A stretch of DNA of 64,000 nt from Bacteroidales bacterium (GCA_030681475.1 JAUXWT010000061.1:6610-70609), one strand, 5' to 3'; positions 16,926 through 28,022 are shown, counted from the stretch's first letter. Made by a program: numbers and translations. The notes: a model not told the origin generated them from the letters alone.

Positions 16926-18836
16926 ATGGCCGCACCGTTAAAAATACTTGTTTTAACGCTCTTGATAATTGTATTGATTTGTCCGTTCAGTATGAGGGCG
17001 GAATCAGCAAAGAAACCTGTTGAAACTGCCTTGCAAGGAACCATAAGCGATACGCTTAGGGCGTTAGGCTTGCTTGTTGAAAGGAATAAAATCAGCAATA
17101 ACCCGCTTGCAATCAAATATGCACGGTCAGCACTGTCCTTTGCCCGAAAAAGCGACTCTGTATCTGACCTGGTTAATGCATACCGTTGGATGGGGAAGGC
17201 ATATTTGCAGAATCAAAAAGATTCGAGTTATTATTATTATAATCTGGCTTTGCAAATTGCCAACAGCAACAACCTTGTAAGTCTTAAGATTCATATTTTC
17301 TTTAATCTGGCCACCCTGTACTCGGCCGCTTATAATTATAAAACATCTATATCACTGTTGGATTCATCCATCACATTGGCTAAATCAGTCAAAGATCATG
17401 TGGGTATTACCAATGCCTATATGGCGCTTGGCACGATCAAATATAACATTCACGACTTTGAAAGCTCGCGTCTGATGTTTGAATCTGCGCTGGAGGTTGC
17501 ACGTGGTAATAATTTATATAAACAGATGGGTGTCGCCTTGGGAAATCTTGCCCGAAAACCATTCGAAAAGGATGTCAGAAGATCAACCAGCATGCAAAAA
17601 GAGGCACTATCTTATTTGAATAATGTCAGTGGCGCTGAAGAGGAAATGGCATACATTTTTATCAACATGGGTAATAATCTAAATGCAAAACCTGATTCAG
17701 CCCTGTTTTATTATAAAGCGGCGCTTAAACTTGCACTCAATGCAAATTTGCCAAAGGTTCTCTTTGGCGCTTATAACGGCATGGCATACAGTTATTTAGA
17801 TAAAAATGATCTGCAACGGGCGGAAAGTTGTTTAAAAGATCAGGCAATACCTGTTGCACTTGAAAAGAAGGACAATGATTGGTTGTCTTCGCTGTATGAT
17901 ACCTACGCTGACGTTTGCATTGCAAAAGGAGATTATAAGCGTGCCTGGGAATATCAAAGGAAAGCGATGAAAGCACGGGAACTGGATAATATGCAAAAAG
18001 GCGCTGATCAGGTCAGGTTACTGGCTGCCTTACTGGAACTGAAAAACAAGGAATTGATCATTCAGAATGAAGAAAAATTGTTGTTGGTTCAGCAAAATCG
18101 GATCCAACAAACCGAACTATGGCTTGCTATTGCGCTTCTTCTGGTTGTTGCCTCTGTATTTACGACGCTTATTCTGCAGCAGCGTGGGCGTGCAAGGTTT
18201 CATAAAGAGCAGATCGGCTCGGCGAAAAGACTTATCGAGATGGAGGAAACCGAAAAAGGACGGACTGCAAGAGAGTTGCACGATCTAACCGGACAGCTTG
18301 TCCTGGGGATCTCAGGCACCATTGAAAATATTGATTTTCCTGATAATGAGATCAAAGAACTCATCAAGGGCAGGATCAAGGAACTGGGAGCGAGCATCCG
18401 CCAGATATCACATCGGATGAACAGGGCTATGATTGAGCATTTCACCTTTAGCGAAATGATAACCGGTTTATGTGAGGACACACAAAAATTGTCGCGAATG
18501 AAGGTTGACCTTGAGATACCCGATGAACTGGCCGACTTGCCGAACGAATTTGTGCTGCACTTTTACCGTATAACACAGGAATTACTGACTAATGCGGGAA
18601 AATATGCCAAGGATAGTCAGGTGAAGCTAAAAGTTTTATCCAAAAACGGAAAACTTATGCTATTTTATTCTGACAATGGCCCCGGTTTTGACCCTGAAGA
18701 GAAAAGAAAACCGAGTATGGGTATTTTAAATATTTTTGAACGGGCAAAAATGGTTGGCGGTCAAGCAAAATTAACTACCGGCCCTGGGAAAGGAACTTCA
18801 TGGGAGATCTCTTTTCCCATGACCTTTAAAACATAA
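16926..18836 (+). CDS. TPR-repeat sensor histidine kinase (HisKA_3 type)
   Basis: Periplasmic TPR-like helices, TM segment, ARELHD, QELLTNAGKY, DNGPGF, G-rich ATPase box. Start placed at ATG 16926. Confidence 0.88.
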   Translation: MAAPLKILVLTLLIIVLICPFSMRAESAKKPVETALQGTISDTLRALGLLVERNKISNNPLAIKYARSALSFARKSDSVSDLVNAYRWMGKAYLQNQKDSSYYYYNLALQIANSNNLVSLKIHIFFNLATLYSAAYNYKTSISLLDSSITLAKSVKDHVGITNAYMALGTIKYNIHDFESSRLMFESALEVARGNNLYKQMGVALGNLARKPFEKDVRRSTSMQKEALSYLNNVSGAEEEMAYIFINMGNNLNAKPDSALFYYKAALKLALNANLPKVLFGAYNGMAYSYLDKNDLQRAESCLKDQAIPVALEKKDNDWLSSLYDTYADVCIAKGDYKRAWEYQRKAMKARELDNMQKGADQVRLLAALLELKNKELIIQNEEKLLLVQQNRIQQTELWLAIALLLVVASVFTTLILQQRGRARFHKEQIGSAKRLIEMEETEKGRTARELHDLTGQLVLGISGTIENIDFPDNEIKELIKGRIKELGASIRQISHRMNRAMIEHFTFSEMITGLCEDTQKLSRMKVDLEIPDELADLPNEFVLHFYRITQELLTNAGKYAKDSQVKLKVLSKNGKLMLFYSDNGPGFDPEEKRKPSMGILNIFERAKMVGGQAKLTTGPGKGTSWEISFPMTFKT

Positions 18837-18854
18837 TTTAAAGCTATTACCATT

Positions 18855-19484
18855 ATGATACGGCTATTTATCGTTGAGGATCATCCGGTGATCGTTACAG
18901 GAGTAAAAAATCTCTTTCGGCCATCCCGCGATGGAATAGAGATTACAGATAATGCCTTCAGCGTTGATGACGCAGTATTGAAGGCTAAACCCGATACCTT
19001 TGATATTTTTCTGCTGGATTTATGGCTTCCGGATGCACATCCATTGATGAATGTCAAGAAATTAAAGGAAAAATTTCCCGGAAAACCAATTGTTATCTTT
19101 ACTTCCGAGGATTCTGCCTCATGGCAGCGTAAGATGTTTGAGGCCGGTGTGATGGCCTATTTGCTTAAGAGTACAAACAAGACGGAGATAAAATCCACCC
19201 TTGAAAAGGTTATCAGAGGCCAGATTGTATTTTCCGGGCTCGTCGAACCTGATTATGAAAAGAAACTGGCTACGGTTTTATCCGGTCAGAAATATCATCT
19301 GACCCCGAATCAACAGGAACTTGTCATTCTCTTGTCATCCGGACTGACACAACAGCAAATCGCTGATGCCAAAAAGACAAGCGTCTCAACTGTAGAAAAA
19401 ACCCTCAAACATGTACGTGAAAGATGTGATGCAAAAAACAATGCAGAACTCGTAAAAATACTTCTTGAAAAAGGTATAATCTGA
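18855..19484 (+). CDS. NarL/LuxR-family response regulator
   Basis: IVEDHP, LLDLWLP receiver domain; C-terminal LTPNQQE...QIA..SVSTVE HTH. Confidence 0.9.
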   Translation: MIRLFIVEDHPVIVTGVKNLFRPSRDGIEITDNAFSVDDAVLKAKPDTFDIFLLDLWLPDAHPLMNVKKLKEKFPGKPIVIFTSEDSASWQRKMFEAGVMAYLLKSTNKTEIKSTLEKVIRGQIVFSGLVEPDYEKKLATVLSGQKYHLTPNQQELVILLSSGLTQQQIADAKKTSVSTVEKTLKHVRERCDAKNNAELVKILLEKGII

Positions 19485-19604
19485 TTTTTTTATCATTTTT
19501 TTATCAACAAAATTACGTTGCCTAACGTTATTTTAGTAAAAATCCGCCAAAATTTCAATTTCTCAGGCGAAAAAAATGGTTTCCATTATTTAAAATAATC
19601 ATGT

Positions 19605-19713
19605 TGATTATCAGGCAGATAATCATGAGGCTGATTGTGAAAATTGCGGATTTCCTCAGTATCATTTTATGGAAATCCACTATTGCGGAGGTTATGCTCG
19701 AAACATAACTTTG
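19605..19713 (+). promoter_or_regulatory. Candidate regulated promoter with palindromic boxes and a -7 element
   Basis: TGATTATC-N5-GATAATCA (19605-19625), GGATTTCC (19648) and GGAAATCC (19671), TAACTTTG (19706-19713). Confidence 0.45.
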
Positions 19714-19766
19714 TCAAACACGTATAATTCAAATGTTCTTTAATAAGAATTTAAAAACTCAGCCCC

Positions 19767-20147
19767 ATGAAAAAAATTATTCTGATTACATCTCTTTTTG
19801 TCCTCTTCGCAGGGTTAAATGGTTTGTTTGCACAGCAAATTCAGATCAATCCCATACCTCGTTTCAACTATCAGTTGACCGCACTCAACACCGGTTTCCA
19901 GGAAGCCATAAAGTATACCGGGACCAATCGCGAAAAACGTGATATGGACGTTGTGATCTCATCGAGTTCCGTCTCCGTCATTCCGGTATTCGCTACAGTG
20001 TGGGTCGTAAAAAACAATGTCATATTTAATGGACCATATACTATTTTTATGAATGAACCCCTTATTGTTCCAATTGATAACAGCGGCAGGTGGGGTGTCA
20101 TAATTAGATGTGATTGGAGTGTTTTAGCAAGTGTTTGGATCGATTAA
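19767..20147 (+). CDS. Small secreted hypothetical protein
   Basis: Sec signal MKKIIL...GLFA followed by QQ; beta-rich mature part; terminator follows. Confidence 0.8.
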   Translation: MKKIILITSLFVLFAGLNGLFAQQIQINPIPRFNYQLTALNTGFQEAIKYTGTNREKRDMDVVISSSSVSVIPVFATVWVVKNNVIFNGPYTIFMNEPLIVPIDNSGRWGVIIRCDWSVLASVWID

Positions 20148-20168
20148 TGGTTGTTTTTTATTGAATAT

Positions 20169-20209
20169 AACAAACAGAAGCGCCTGTTAGGTTGCTTCTG
20201 TTTGTTTTT
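20169..20209 (+). terminator. Intrinsic terminator
   Basis: AACAAACAGAAGC...GCTTCTGTTTGTT followed by TTT. Confidence 0.75.
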
Positions 20210-20323
20210 AGGATATCCCGGAATCTACGTTAGAATAACTTTTTACAATATCTCTTTCCCATATCTTATAATTTCTTATTTTTGACAGCAGGTAACCAGG
20301 CCTGCTTTTTTAATTGCTGGGAA

Positions 20324-20360
20324 ACCCTGTTACTTTGTTACCCTGTCACCCTGTAACCCG
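20324..20360 (+). repeat. 8-bp tandem repeat (ACCCTGTN)x4.5 before a start codon
   Basis: accctgtt actttgtt accctgtc accctgta acccg. Confidence 0.8.
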
Positions 20361-20373
20361 CTAAGTTAATATT

Positions 20374-21093
20374 TTGTTAGTCGATCTCTTCATACCATGT
20401 TTTGTCGATCAGTTTTATCCTGATACAGGAATGAACATGGTTAAAATCCTGGAAAAACTGGATGTCGCTGTAAACTATAACGGAAATCAGACATGTTGCG
20501 GGCAAATGGCATTTAACAGCGGGTTCTGGGAGGAATCGAAAAAGATGGGGGAAAAGTTTCTTAAAGATTTTCCAAATGACAGGCCCATTGTCGGCCCATC
20601 TGCCTCCTGCATCGGATTTATCCGCAATTATTATGGTTGGCTATTTCACAATACGGCTTATCATCTTGAGTACAAGCAACTTAAGAAAAATATTTTTGAA
20701 TTTACCGATTTTTTAATCAATGAATTAAAGGTTGAAAATGTTGGCGCTTCCTTCCCGCACGTTGTCACCTACCATGATTCCTGTGCAGCGCTCAGGGAGT
20801 ATAATCTGAAGGATGAGCCACGAAAACTTTTGGCAAAAGTTGATGGCCTCGAGTTGCGGGAAATGAAAGAAAATGACGTCTGTTGTGGATTTGGAGGTAC
20901 CTTTTCAGCCAAATTTGAACCTGTTTCCGCAGCAATGGCAGAGCAAAAAGTCAATCGTGCCCTCGAAACCGGCGCTGCCTACATTGTATCTACCGATTCG
21001 TCGTGCCTGATGAATCAACAAGCCTATATCGACAAACACAAGCTGCCTATCCAGACTATTCATATTATTGATGTTCTGGCGTCAGGGTGGTGA
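20374..21093 (+). CDS. CCG-domain Fe-S protein (LutA/YkgE-like)
   Basis: FIPCFVD, QTCCGQ, YHDSC, CCGFGGTF, DSSCLM. Confidence 0.88.
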   Translation: MLVDLFIPCFVDQFYPDTGMNMVKILEKLDVAVNYNGNQTCCGQMAFNSGFWEESKKMGEKFLKDFPNDRPIVGPSASCIGFIRNYYGWLFHNTAYHLEYKQLKKNIFEFTDFLINELKVENVGASFPHVVTYHDSCAALREYNLKDEPRKLLAKVDGLELREMKENDVCCGFGGTFSAKFEPVSAAMAEQKVNRALETGAAYIVSTDSSCLMNQQAYIDKHKLPIQTIHIIDVLASGW

Positions 21094-21193
21094 CAACTCA
21101 AAGTCCTCCACGATTATTCCCGCGGTTTTTTCTATTTTTATTGTATTTTTGTAAATTACAAATCCAGTAATTCAAACCATTAATTATAAACGG

Positions 21194-21622
21194 ATGAAAC
21201 GTCTCCTTTTTTTTACCCCGATGTTTTTTGCGATTTTAACCGTCAGCGCCCAACAACCGGGAGTTCAACCTGATGATCCCGCCTTTATCGCGAAATATGC
21301 AAATTTTAATTTTAAAGGTAAGTTTGCATCTGTCATTGAAAGCGATGGAATTAACAACTATTTTCTGCTCGATTTTTCACAATTGCCAACAAGGTTTGAT
21401 CGTGTGTATTTCATGAACGTTAGTTTTGCTTCAAAAGAAATTATAAATATCGACCCGGATTTAAACAAAACCAGAGTTTGTTTTATGGCAAATGTTAAAT
21501 ACGATCAAAATGAAGTTTTGGCAATTTATGACGATATTAAAAAGAAGGTGGTAGAAACTTCATTTTCATTGCCGGCAGATAAGAAGGCGGAGTGGCTTAA
21601 AAATAACGATAAATACAATTAA
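21194..21622 (+). CDS. Secreted hypothetical protein
   Basis: Signal peptide ending VSA followed by QQ; first gene of a tightly spaced run. Confidence 0.75.
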   Translation: MKRLLFFTPMFFAILTVSAQQPGVQPDDPAFIAKYANFNFKGKFASVIESDGINNYFLLDFSQLPTRFDRVYFMNVSFASKEIINIDPDLNKTRVCFMANVKYDQNEVLAIYDDIKKKVVETSFSLPADKKAEWLKNNDKYN

Positions 21623-21634
21623 TACGATACGGGT

Positions 21635-23887
21635 ATGAAAAAGAACTGGTGCCTTTTTATTGTGTTCCTGATGATATGTGGAGCAATCAATGCCCAACAG
21701 GGCGGTGGTAGCAACAATACCTGTGAAACAGCAGCCCCATTTTGTACCGGCACTTTATATTCATTCCCGGCAGGTGTCAACGCAGGTACCGGTCAGGTTG
21801 GCCCTTACTATGGATGCCTTTTAACCAGGCCGAATCCGGCATGGTATTATATGAAGGTTGCCAACTCAGGAAACATCATCATTCAAATGCACAGTGAGCC
21901 GGCAAAAGACATCGATTTCTGTTGCTGGGGACCTTTTACCTCTCAGGAGTGCTGCGGACAGCTTACGCAGCCGAAAATTGTGTCGTGCAGTTATTCTACA
22001 GCGGCCTATGAAACCTGCAACATCCCTAATGCGATCACGGGGCAGTATTACATGCTGGTTATAACGAATTATTCCAATCAACCATGCAATATCATTTTTC
22101 AGCAAACCGGTGGAACAGGAACAACGGATTGCTCGATCCTGCCTCCGCCCTGTACCAGCAATAGTCCGATCTGCAAAGGACAAACCCTGCAACTTGCGGC
22201 TCAAACGATCTCGGGCGCAACATATTATTGGTGGGGACCGGCCGGGTTTGCATCTTCACTGCAGAATCCTACCATACCAAATGCTACTCCGGCTAATTCC
22301 GGTTCCTATTTTCTCAGGGTTGTTGTGGGTGGACAGCCAAGCAGCGATACTTCAATCACAGTGGTAAATGTTTATAATCCCACGGCAAATGCAGGAAATG
22401 ATACTACAATTTTAAATGGAGTAACAACCACGTTGCATGGAAAATGCGTGGGTGGCAGCGGCGCCTATCACTATAAATGGTCGCCGGCATCATTGCTTAT
22501 CAACGATAGTGTGCAAAATCCCCAAACCGTTAATTTGTTTACCAGCCAGGTCTTTACCCTGAAGGTAACAGATGCTGCGGTAAATTGTCAATCAACTGAT
22601 ATGGTATCCATCAATATTGAGGGTGGCGCTCTTGCGGTGAATGCCGTTGCAAACCCATCTTCTATTTGCTTTGGAGGTACTTCCCAGATACAGGCAATTG
22701 GTTCAGGAGGCGCTGGTAACTATACCTACCAATGGACCGGCCCAAATGGTTTTTTATCGACATTGCAGAACCCTACAGTAGCGCCAACGGTCACTTCAAC
22801 CTATCAGGTAACTACCTTTGATGGTTATAATATGGTGACAGGATCGGTGACCGTGACCGTAATCCCTTTGCCTGTAGCTAATGCCGGTACTTCGAAATCA
22901 ATTCCTTACGGCACTTATACCTTCCTTAATGGCTCAGTTTTAAATGGTAACAGCAGTTATTATTATAGCTGGTCGCCGGCGAATCAACTACTCAACGCCG
23001 GAATTCAGAATCCACAAACGGTAAATCTGACAACCACAACAGTTTTCTCACTTATTGCTACCGACCTTACCACCAACTGTGTGAGTACCAATGATGCAAC
23101 TGTTGCTATTGAAGTATCCGGAGGCGCGTTGAATGTCAATCCTGTCGCAACCCCCGGATCTATATGCAGGGGTGATTCAACACGGCTGCACGCCTCAGCC
23201 GGTGGAGGAAATGTAGGGTTTTACGAGTATTTGTGGAGTTCAGAACCCATAGGATTCACATCCGCTGACCCTAATCCAATGGTACATCCCCTGGTGAATA
23301 CAACATATTATCTCACAGTTACCGACCAGTTTAATACAACTCAGGGGAGTACTGCCGTCGTTATATACCCCGAACCTGTAATTCAACTGGGACCAACAGA
23401 TACCACTGTTTGTATTTATGATACCGTAAGATTAAATGCCGGAAATCCCGGCTCGGCATACCTGTGGTCGAATGGGTCAACCGATCAACGGATCTCATTT
23501 GGTACCACCGGAATTGGATTTGATAAGCAGGTCTATTCCGTTGAAGTTGTTAACGAAAATGGGTGCAGGGCTAATGGTACAATAAATGTTATTTTTTCAT
23601 TCGATCTATGTACCGGGATTGACGATTTGAATCCTTCCGGTCATATCCGGATTTATCCGAATCCGGCAAGAAATTTTATCAGAATTGATGCGGATGGCAT
23701 TTCCGGGATAACTTCCGGTACCTTGCTCACAACCCTGGGTTACGTTTTACGAAAGTTCACTATTCAGGATCCGGCAGATGCAGTATCGTCAATAAACCTT
23801 GATCTGTCAGGTCTTCCCAAAGGGGTTTATCTCGTTAGGTTTAATAATTCATCTTTCACTCATATTCAAAAGCTGGTAATTAAATAG
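21635..23887 (+). CDS. T9SS type A CTD protein with Cys-rich N-terminal domain and Ig/PKD-like repeats
   Basis: Signal peptide; C-terminus IYPNPA...LSGLPKGVYLV...KLVIK. Confidence 0.88.
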   Translation: MKKNWCLFIVFLMICGAINAQQGGGSNNTCETAAPFCTGTLYSFPAGVNAGTGQVGPYYGCLLTRPNPAWYYMKVANSGNIIIQMHSEPAKDIDFCCWGPFTSQECCGQLTQPKIVSCSYSTAAYETCNIPNAITGQYYMLVITNYSNQPCNIIFQQTGGTGTTDCSILPPPCTSNSPICKGQTLQLAAQTISGATYYWWGPAGFASSLQNPTIPNATPANSGSYFLRVVVGGQPSSDTSITVVNVYNPTANAGNDTTILNGVTTTLHGKCVGGSGAYHYKWSPASLLINDSVQNPQTVNLFTSQVFTLKVTDAAVNCQSTDMVSINIEGGALAVNAVANPSSICFGGTSQIQAIGSGGAGNYTYQWTGPNGFLSTLQNPTVAPTVTSTYQVTTFDGYNMVTGSVTVTVIPLPVANAGTSKSIPYGTYTFLNGSVLNGNSSYYYSWSPANQLLNAGIQNPQTVNLTTTTVFSLIATDLTTNCVSTNDATVAIEVSGGALNVNPVATPGSICRGDSTRLHASAGGGNVGFYEYLWSSEPIGFTSADPNPMVHPLVNTTYYLTVTDQFNTTQGSTAVVIYPEPVIQLGPTDTTVCIYDTVRLNAGNPGSAYLWSNGSTDQRISFGTTGIGFDKQVYSVEVVNENGCRANGTINVIFSFDLCTGIDDLNPSGHIRIYPNPARNFIRIDADGISGITSGTLLTTLGYVLRKFTIQDPADAVSSINLDLSGLPKGVYLVRFNNSSFTHIQKLVIK

Positions 23888-25872
23888 TGCCGACAACGAC
23901 ATGTAATAAAATACCAGTTATATTTCCGGGTCACCTCCTGCTGATTTTCCTGTTTGTCCTGTTTACCGGTAATGCCGCTGCTCAAAAAACCTGGTTTAAA
24001 AGCAATTGCCCAAGATCCCAAAAGCAGGCTGAGCTATGGTATTTCGGAGAAAAAGCAGGAATTGATTTTCGTTCAGGAACTGCCATACCACTCCTTGATG
24101 AGGATGTGATGACTGCGTTTAAGGCTTCGGCCAGTATTTGCGATAGTGTCGGAAATCTGATCATGTTTACTGACGGCAGAAGAGTTTGGGACAGATCATT
24201 TTCCCTGATGCCCAATGCGACCGGTTTGGCGGGTGATCTTGGGGCGACACAGCCTTGTGTCATTGTTCCCTGGCCAGGCGATTCGTCTCTTTATTATATA
24301 TTCACGGTTGATATACTTAAATTTCAGGATTCTATAACTTTCACAACACAGGGATTATCAAATACTGTCATTGACCTCAAGCTACGCAATGGGCTGGGGG
24401 ATGCAACTTCATCGATACTGAATGCCCCCCTTTTATCTCCGGTAAGTCAGAAACTGACCGCCGTTAAACATAAAAATGATAAATATTTCTGGGTTATCGT
24501 TCACGAGTGGAACTCCGATAAATTTTACGCTTACCTGGTCAACTATTCCGGTATTGCCGCTCCGGTAATAAGCGCCGTTGGCAGCATACATGGGGGAAAC
24601 AGCAAGGATGCCAATAATGCAGTCGGATACCTTAAGGCATCTCCCGACGGAAGCAGGCTGGCTCTTGCCATCACGGAAAAAAAAGTTATAGAGGTTTTCG
24701 ATTTCGATAACGAAACAGGGGTTGTTTCTAATGCACAAAGCTACACGACAACAAGACCAGGCGTAAATCCTTATGGTGTTGAATTTTCTCCGGATTGCCG
24801 GTTTTTATATGCGACCTTATTTGAAATAGGCGGAGTGGTTACCCCTTCGAGGCCCTCCTTTATCTACCAGTTTGATCTTAAAAATGGTCTTACAAACCCA
24901 GCAATCATTGATTCCATTGCCGGGTTGCGTATTGCAGCCATGCAACTGGCGCCTGATGGAAGGATATATCTGTCGCGGACAAACAATATCCTGTCAAAAA
25001 GGGATTCACTGGAGGTAATCTATAATCCAAACCGGCCGGGAAAGGCCTGTAATTTTAACATGCTTAATAACGTCGCAAACAGCAATTTCTCGCTGCTTGG
25101 GCGAAAAAGCATCTACAGCCTTCCAAACTTTGTTCAGAGTTACCTTAATGTTCCTCCATTTACCTGGGATAGCGTGTGCGAAGGGGATATCACCCGGTTT
25201 CAAATTACCAATATAGCCAATATCGACTCGGTAACCTGGGATTTTGGGGATGGCGGGACTTCAAATCAAATGGATCCATTGCACGAGTTTACAAGTCCGG
25301 GAACTTATTTGGTTAAACTTACTGAAAAATTTAACGGTCAAAACTTCACTGATTCTATCAGCGTAATAAACTACCCTAAACCAGTTATTTCTCTGGGGGA
25401 TACTGTTTTACTCTATTCCGGCTCAACAATCAATCTTCACGCAGGTGGCGGATTCACAGAATATCTTTGGTCCAATGGTTCTCGCGATTCCGTTATCAAT
25501 GTGAGAAACCAGGGATCATATTGGGCAAAAGTTAAAGATATTCATTGTTGCATCAATGCGGATACAACATTTGTGAAGGTATTCGAGTATTTTATTCCAA
25601 ATGCTTTTTCTCCGAATGGTGATGGGATAAATGATGTATTCCGGGTAAACGGCTTATATAAAAATATAAAATTCAGCATGATTGTGTATGATCGATGGGG
25701 CCAATTGGTTTTTAAATCAGAAAACGTCGATAAAGTGTGGGATGGCACATATAAAGGTCAGATTTGTCCGCCCGAAACATATGTTTGGATAGTAAACATA
25801 GGCTTCCTGGGTCAGGATATCATCACCAATGGAGATATTGTATTTAAAGGAACGGTGACCATTATTCGATGA
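23887..25872 (+). CDS. T9SS type B CTD (gliding-motility-associated CTD) protein with beta-propeller-like and PKD domains
   Basis: WYFGEKAGIDF, WDFGDG, C-terminus IPNAFSPNGDGIND...YDRWG...WDG...KGTVTIIR. Confidence 0.9.
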   Translation: MPTTTCNKIPVIFPGHLLLIFLFVLFTGNAAAQKTWFKSNCPRSQKQAELWYFGEKAGIDFRSGTAIPLLDEDVMTAFKASASICDSVGNLIMFTDGRRVWDRSFSLMPNATGLAGDLGATQPCVIVPWPGDSSLYYIFTVDILKFQDSITFTTQGLSNTVIDLKLRNGLGDATSSILNAPLLSPVSQKLTAVKHKNDKYFWVIVHEWNSDKFYAYLVNYSGIAAPVISAVGSIHGGNSKDANNAVGYLKASPDGSRLALAITEKKVIEVFDFDNETGVVSNAQSYTTTRPGVNPYGVEFSPDCRFLYATLFEIGGVVTPSRPSFIYQFDLKNGLTNPAIIDSIAGLRIAAMQLAPDGRIYLSRTNNILSKRDSLEVIYNPNRPGKACNFNMLNNVANSNFSLLGRKSIYSLPNFVQSYLNVPPFTWDSVCEGDITRFQITNIANIDSVTWDFGDGGTSNQMDPLHEFTSPGTYLVKLTEKFNGQNFTDSISVINYPKPVISLGDTVLLYSGSTINLHAGGGFTEYLWSNGSRDSVINVRNQGSYWAKVKDIHCCINADTTFVKVFEYFIPNAFSPNGDGINDVFRVNGLYKNIKFSMIVYDRWGQLVFKSENVDKVWDGTYKGQICPPETYVWIVNIGFLGQDIITNGDIVFKGTVTIIR

Positions 25873-28022
25873 TAACGGAAAAATATACAGAAATCATTGC
25901 CGGTGAACTGAACCAACCTGTTGGTTTTGTTCAAAACACCATAAACCTCCTTGAGAGCGGCGCTACAATCCCTTTTATAGCACGATACCGGAAGGAGATG
26001 ACAGGTTCAATGGACGAGGTGATTATTGCGCAGATCCGCGATCGCCTTGCCCAACTCAAGGACCTTGATGCACGTCGCTCTGCCATCCTGAAATCCCTTG
26101 TAGAGCAGGAAATACTCACGCCTGAATTGGAGGTTTCTATTGCAAATGCTTCTACCATGGCCGAATTGGAGGATATCTACCTGCCATTTAAACCCAAGCG
26201 CAAAACACGTGCAAGTATAGCGCGCGAGAAAGGACTTGAACCACTTGCCAATTTGATATTTTCCCAGCATTATGATGATATTGAAAGAAGAGCGGAAAAA
26301 TTTATTGATCCTGAAAAAGGGGTCAGCTCAGTTGAAGAAGCCATTCAGGGCGCCTGTGACATCATTGCTGAAAAAATCAATGAAGACAGCTATGCCAGGA
26401 AACGTATTCGTGCACTATTCCAGAAAGAGTCAGAAATAAAGGCTAAAGTAATTAAAGGCAAAGATCAGGATGGGATCAATTTCCAAATGTATTTTGACTA
26501 TCATGAACCAGTGTACCGCGCACCCTCGCATAGGCTCCTGGCCATGTTCCGTGGTGAAAATGAGGGGTTTCTGAGAATTTCCGTGGAAGTCGAGGAAGTC
26601 GTAGCCTATGAAATCCTGGAAAGAATCTTTGTCAAAGGCAACAATTCGTCCTCAATTTTGGTTAAAGAATCCATCGCCGATAGTTGCAAACGCCTGCTAT
26701 TCCCATCTATGGAAACAGAAATGAACCAGTGGGCCAAGGAGAAAGCAGATGCAGAAGCCATTCGGGTTTTTGCTGAAAATATGCGCCAACTGTTGCTTGC
26801 ACCGCCGCTCGGACAAAAAACTGTTTTGGCGATTGACCCGGGATTTCGTACCGGATGTAAAATTGTTTGTCTCGACCGCCAGGGGAAACTCCTGCACAAT
26901 GAAACGATCTATCCCCATCCTCCCCAGAATGAGGTGAAGGAATCCATCCATAAAATAAAAAGTTTGGTGAATGCCTATAAGATCGAAGCCATTGCCATCG
27001 GAAACGGAACAGCCGGTCGGGAAACTGAACGACTCATAAAATCAGTTGCATTTGATCGCGATGTGATCGCCCTGGCTGTTAATGAGAGCGGAGCCTCCGT
27101 CTATTCTGCATCGGCAGTTGCACGCAAGGAGTTTCCCGACTATGATATTACGGTTCGCGGAGCTGTATCTATCGGACGGCGTCTGATGGATCCGCTGGCA
27201 GAATTGGTGAAAATTGAACCCAAATCAATAGGTGTCGGCCAGTATCAGCATGATATCAACCAACCGGCCCTGATGAAGAGTTTGGAGGATACGGTGGTGA
27301 GTTGCGTTAACAAGGTGGGAGTTGAGGTTAATACGGCAAGTGAAGAGTTGCTGACCTATGTATCGGGACTTGGACCCGGCCTGGCGAAAAACATCATCGC
27401 CTATCGCAATGAACATGGTCCGTTTAAGTCGCGGAATGAGTTTAGAAAAGTGGCGCGCTTTGGTGAAAAGGCATTTGAACAGGCAGCAGGATTCCTTCGC
27501 ATTCGGGATGCAAAGAACCCGCTTGACCGGAGTTCTGTTCATCCTGAAAGCTATGCAGTGGTTGATCGAATCGCACATAGGTTGCATTGCGCCATTGATG
27601 ATCTTATCGAAAAACCGGAACTGCGTTCAAAGATTAAACCGGAAGACTTCGTCAGCGAAAAAGTAGGGATGCCCACCCTCCATGATATCATCGAGGAACT
27701 TGCCAAACCTGGCCGTGATCCGCGCCAGCAGTTTGAAATGTTTGAGTTTGACAAACACATCCATTCAATTAACGATTTGCGGACGGGCATGAAACTTCCT
27801 GGTATAGTGACCAATATTACTAATTTTGGCGTTTTTGTCGATCTCGGAATACATCAGGATGGCCTTGTCCACATCAGCCAGCTGGCCGATCGTTTCGTCA
27901 GGGATCCGAACGACGTTGTGAAACTTAATCAAAAAGTCATGGTCGAAGTGCTTGACATTGACATGGACCGCAAACGGATACAACTGACCATGAAAAATCA
28001 ACATACTAAGCCGGAGGTATAA
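25869..28022 (+). CDS. tex: Tex-family RNA-binding transcription accessory protein
   Basis: GATIPFIARYRKE, AIDPGFRTGCK, IGVGQYQHD, C-terminal S1 domain. Confidence 0.94.
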   Translation: MITEKYTEIIAGELNQPVGFVQNTINLLESGATIPFIARYRKEMTGSMDEVIIAQIRDRLAQLKDLDARRSAILKSLVEQEILTPELEVSIANASTMAELEDIYLPFKPKRKTRASIAREKGLEPLANLIFSQHYDDIERRAEKFIDPEKGVSSVEEAIQGACDIIAEKINEDSYARKRIRALFQKESEIKAKVIKGKDQDGINFQMYFDYHEPVYRAPSHRLLAMFRGENEGFLRISVEVEEVVAYEILERIFVKGNNSSSILVKESIADSCKRLLFPSMETEMNQWAKEKADAEAIRVFAENMRQLLLAPPLGQKTVLAIDPGFRTGCKIVCLDRQGKLLHNETIYPHPPQNEVKESIHKIKSLVNAYKIEAIAIGNGTAGRETERLIKSVAFDRDVIALAVNESGASVYSASAVARKEFPDYDITVRGAVSIGRRLMDPLAELVKIEPKSIGVGQYQHDINQPALMKSLEDTVVSCVNKVGVEVNTASEELLTYVSGLGPGLAKNIIAYRNEHGPFKSRNEFRKVARFGEKAFEQAAGFLRIRDAKNPLDRSSVHPESYAVVDRIAHRLHCAIDDLIEKPELRSKIKPEDFVSEKVGMPTLHDIIEELAKPGRDPRQQFEMFEFDKHIHSINDLRTGMKLPGIVTNITNFGVFVDLGIHQDGLVHISQLADRFVRDPNDVVKLNQKVMVEVLDIDMDRKRIQLTMKNQHTKPEV

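Noticed and set aside
19605-19625. Third copy of the candidate SOS box
   Set aside because: TGATTA and TAATCA are separated by 9 bp rather than 5 bp, so I treated it as a different palindrome.
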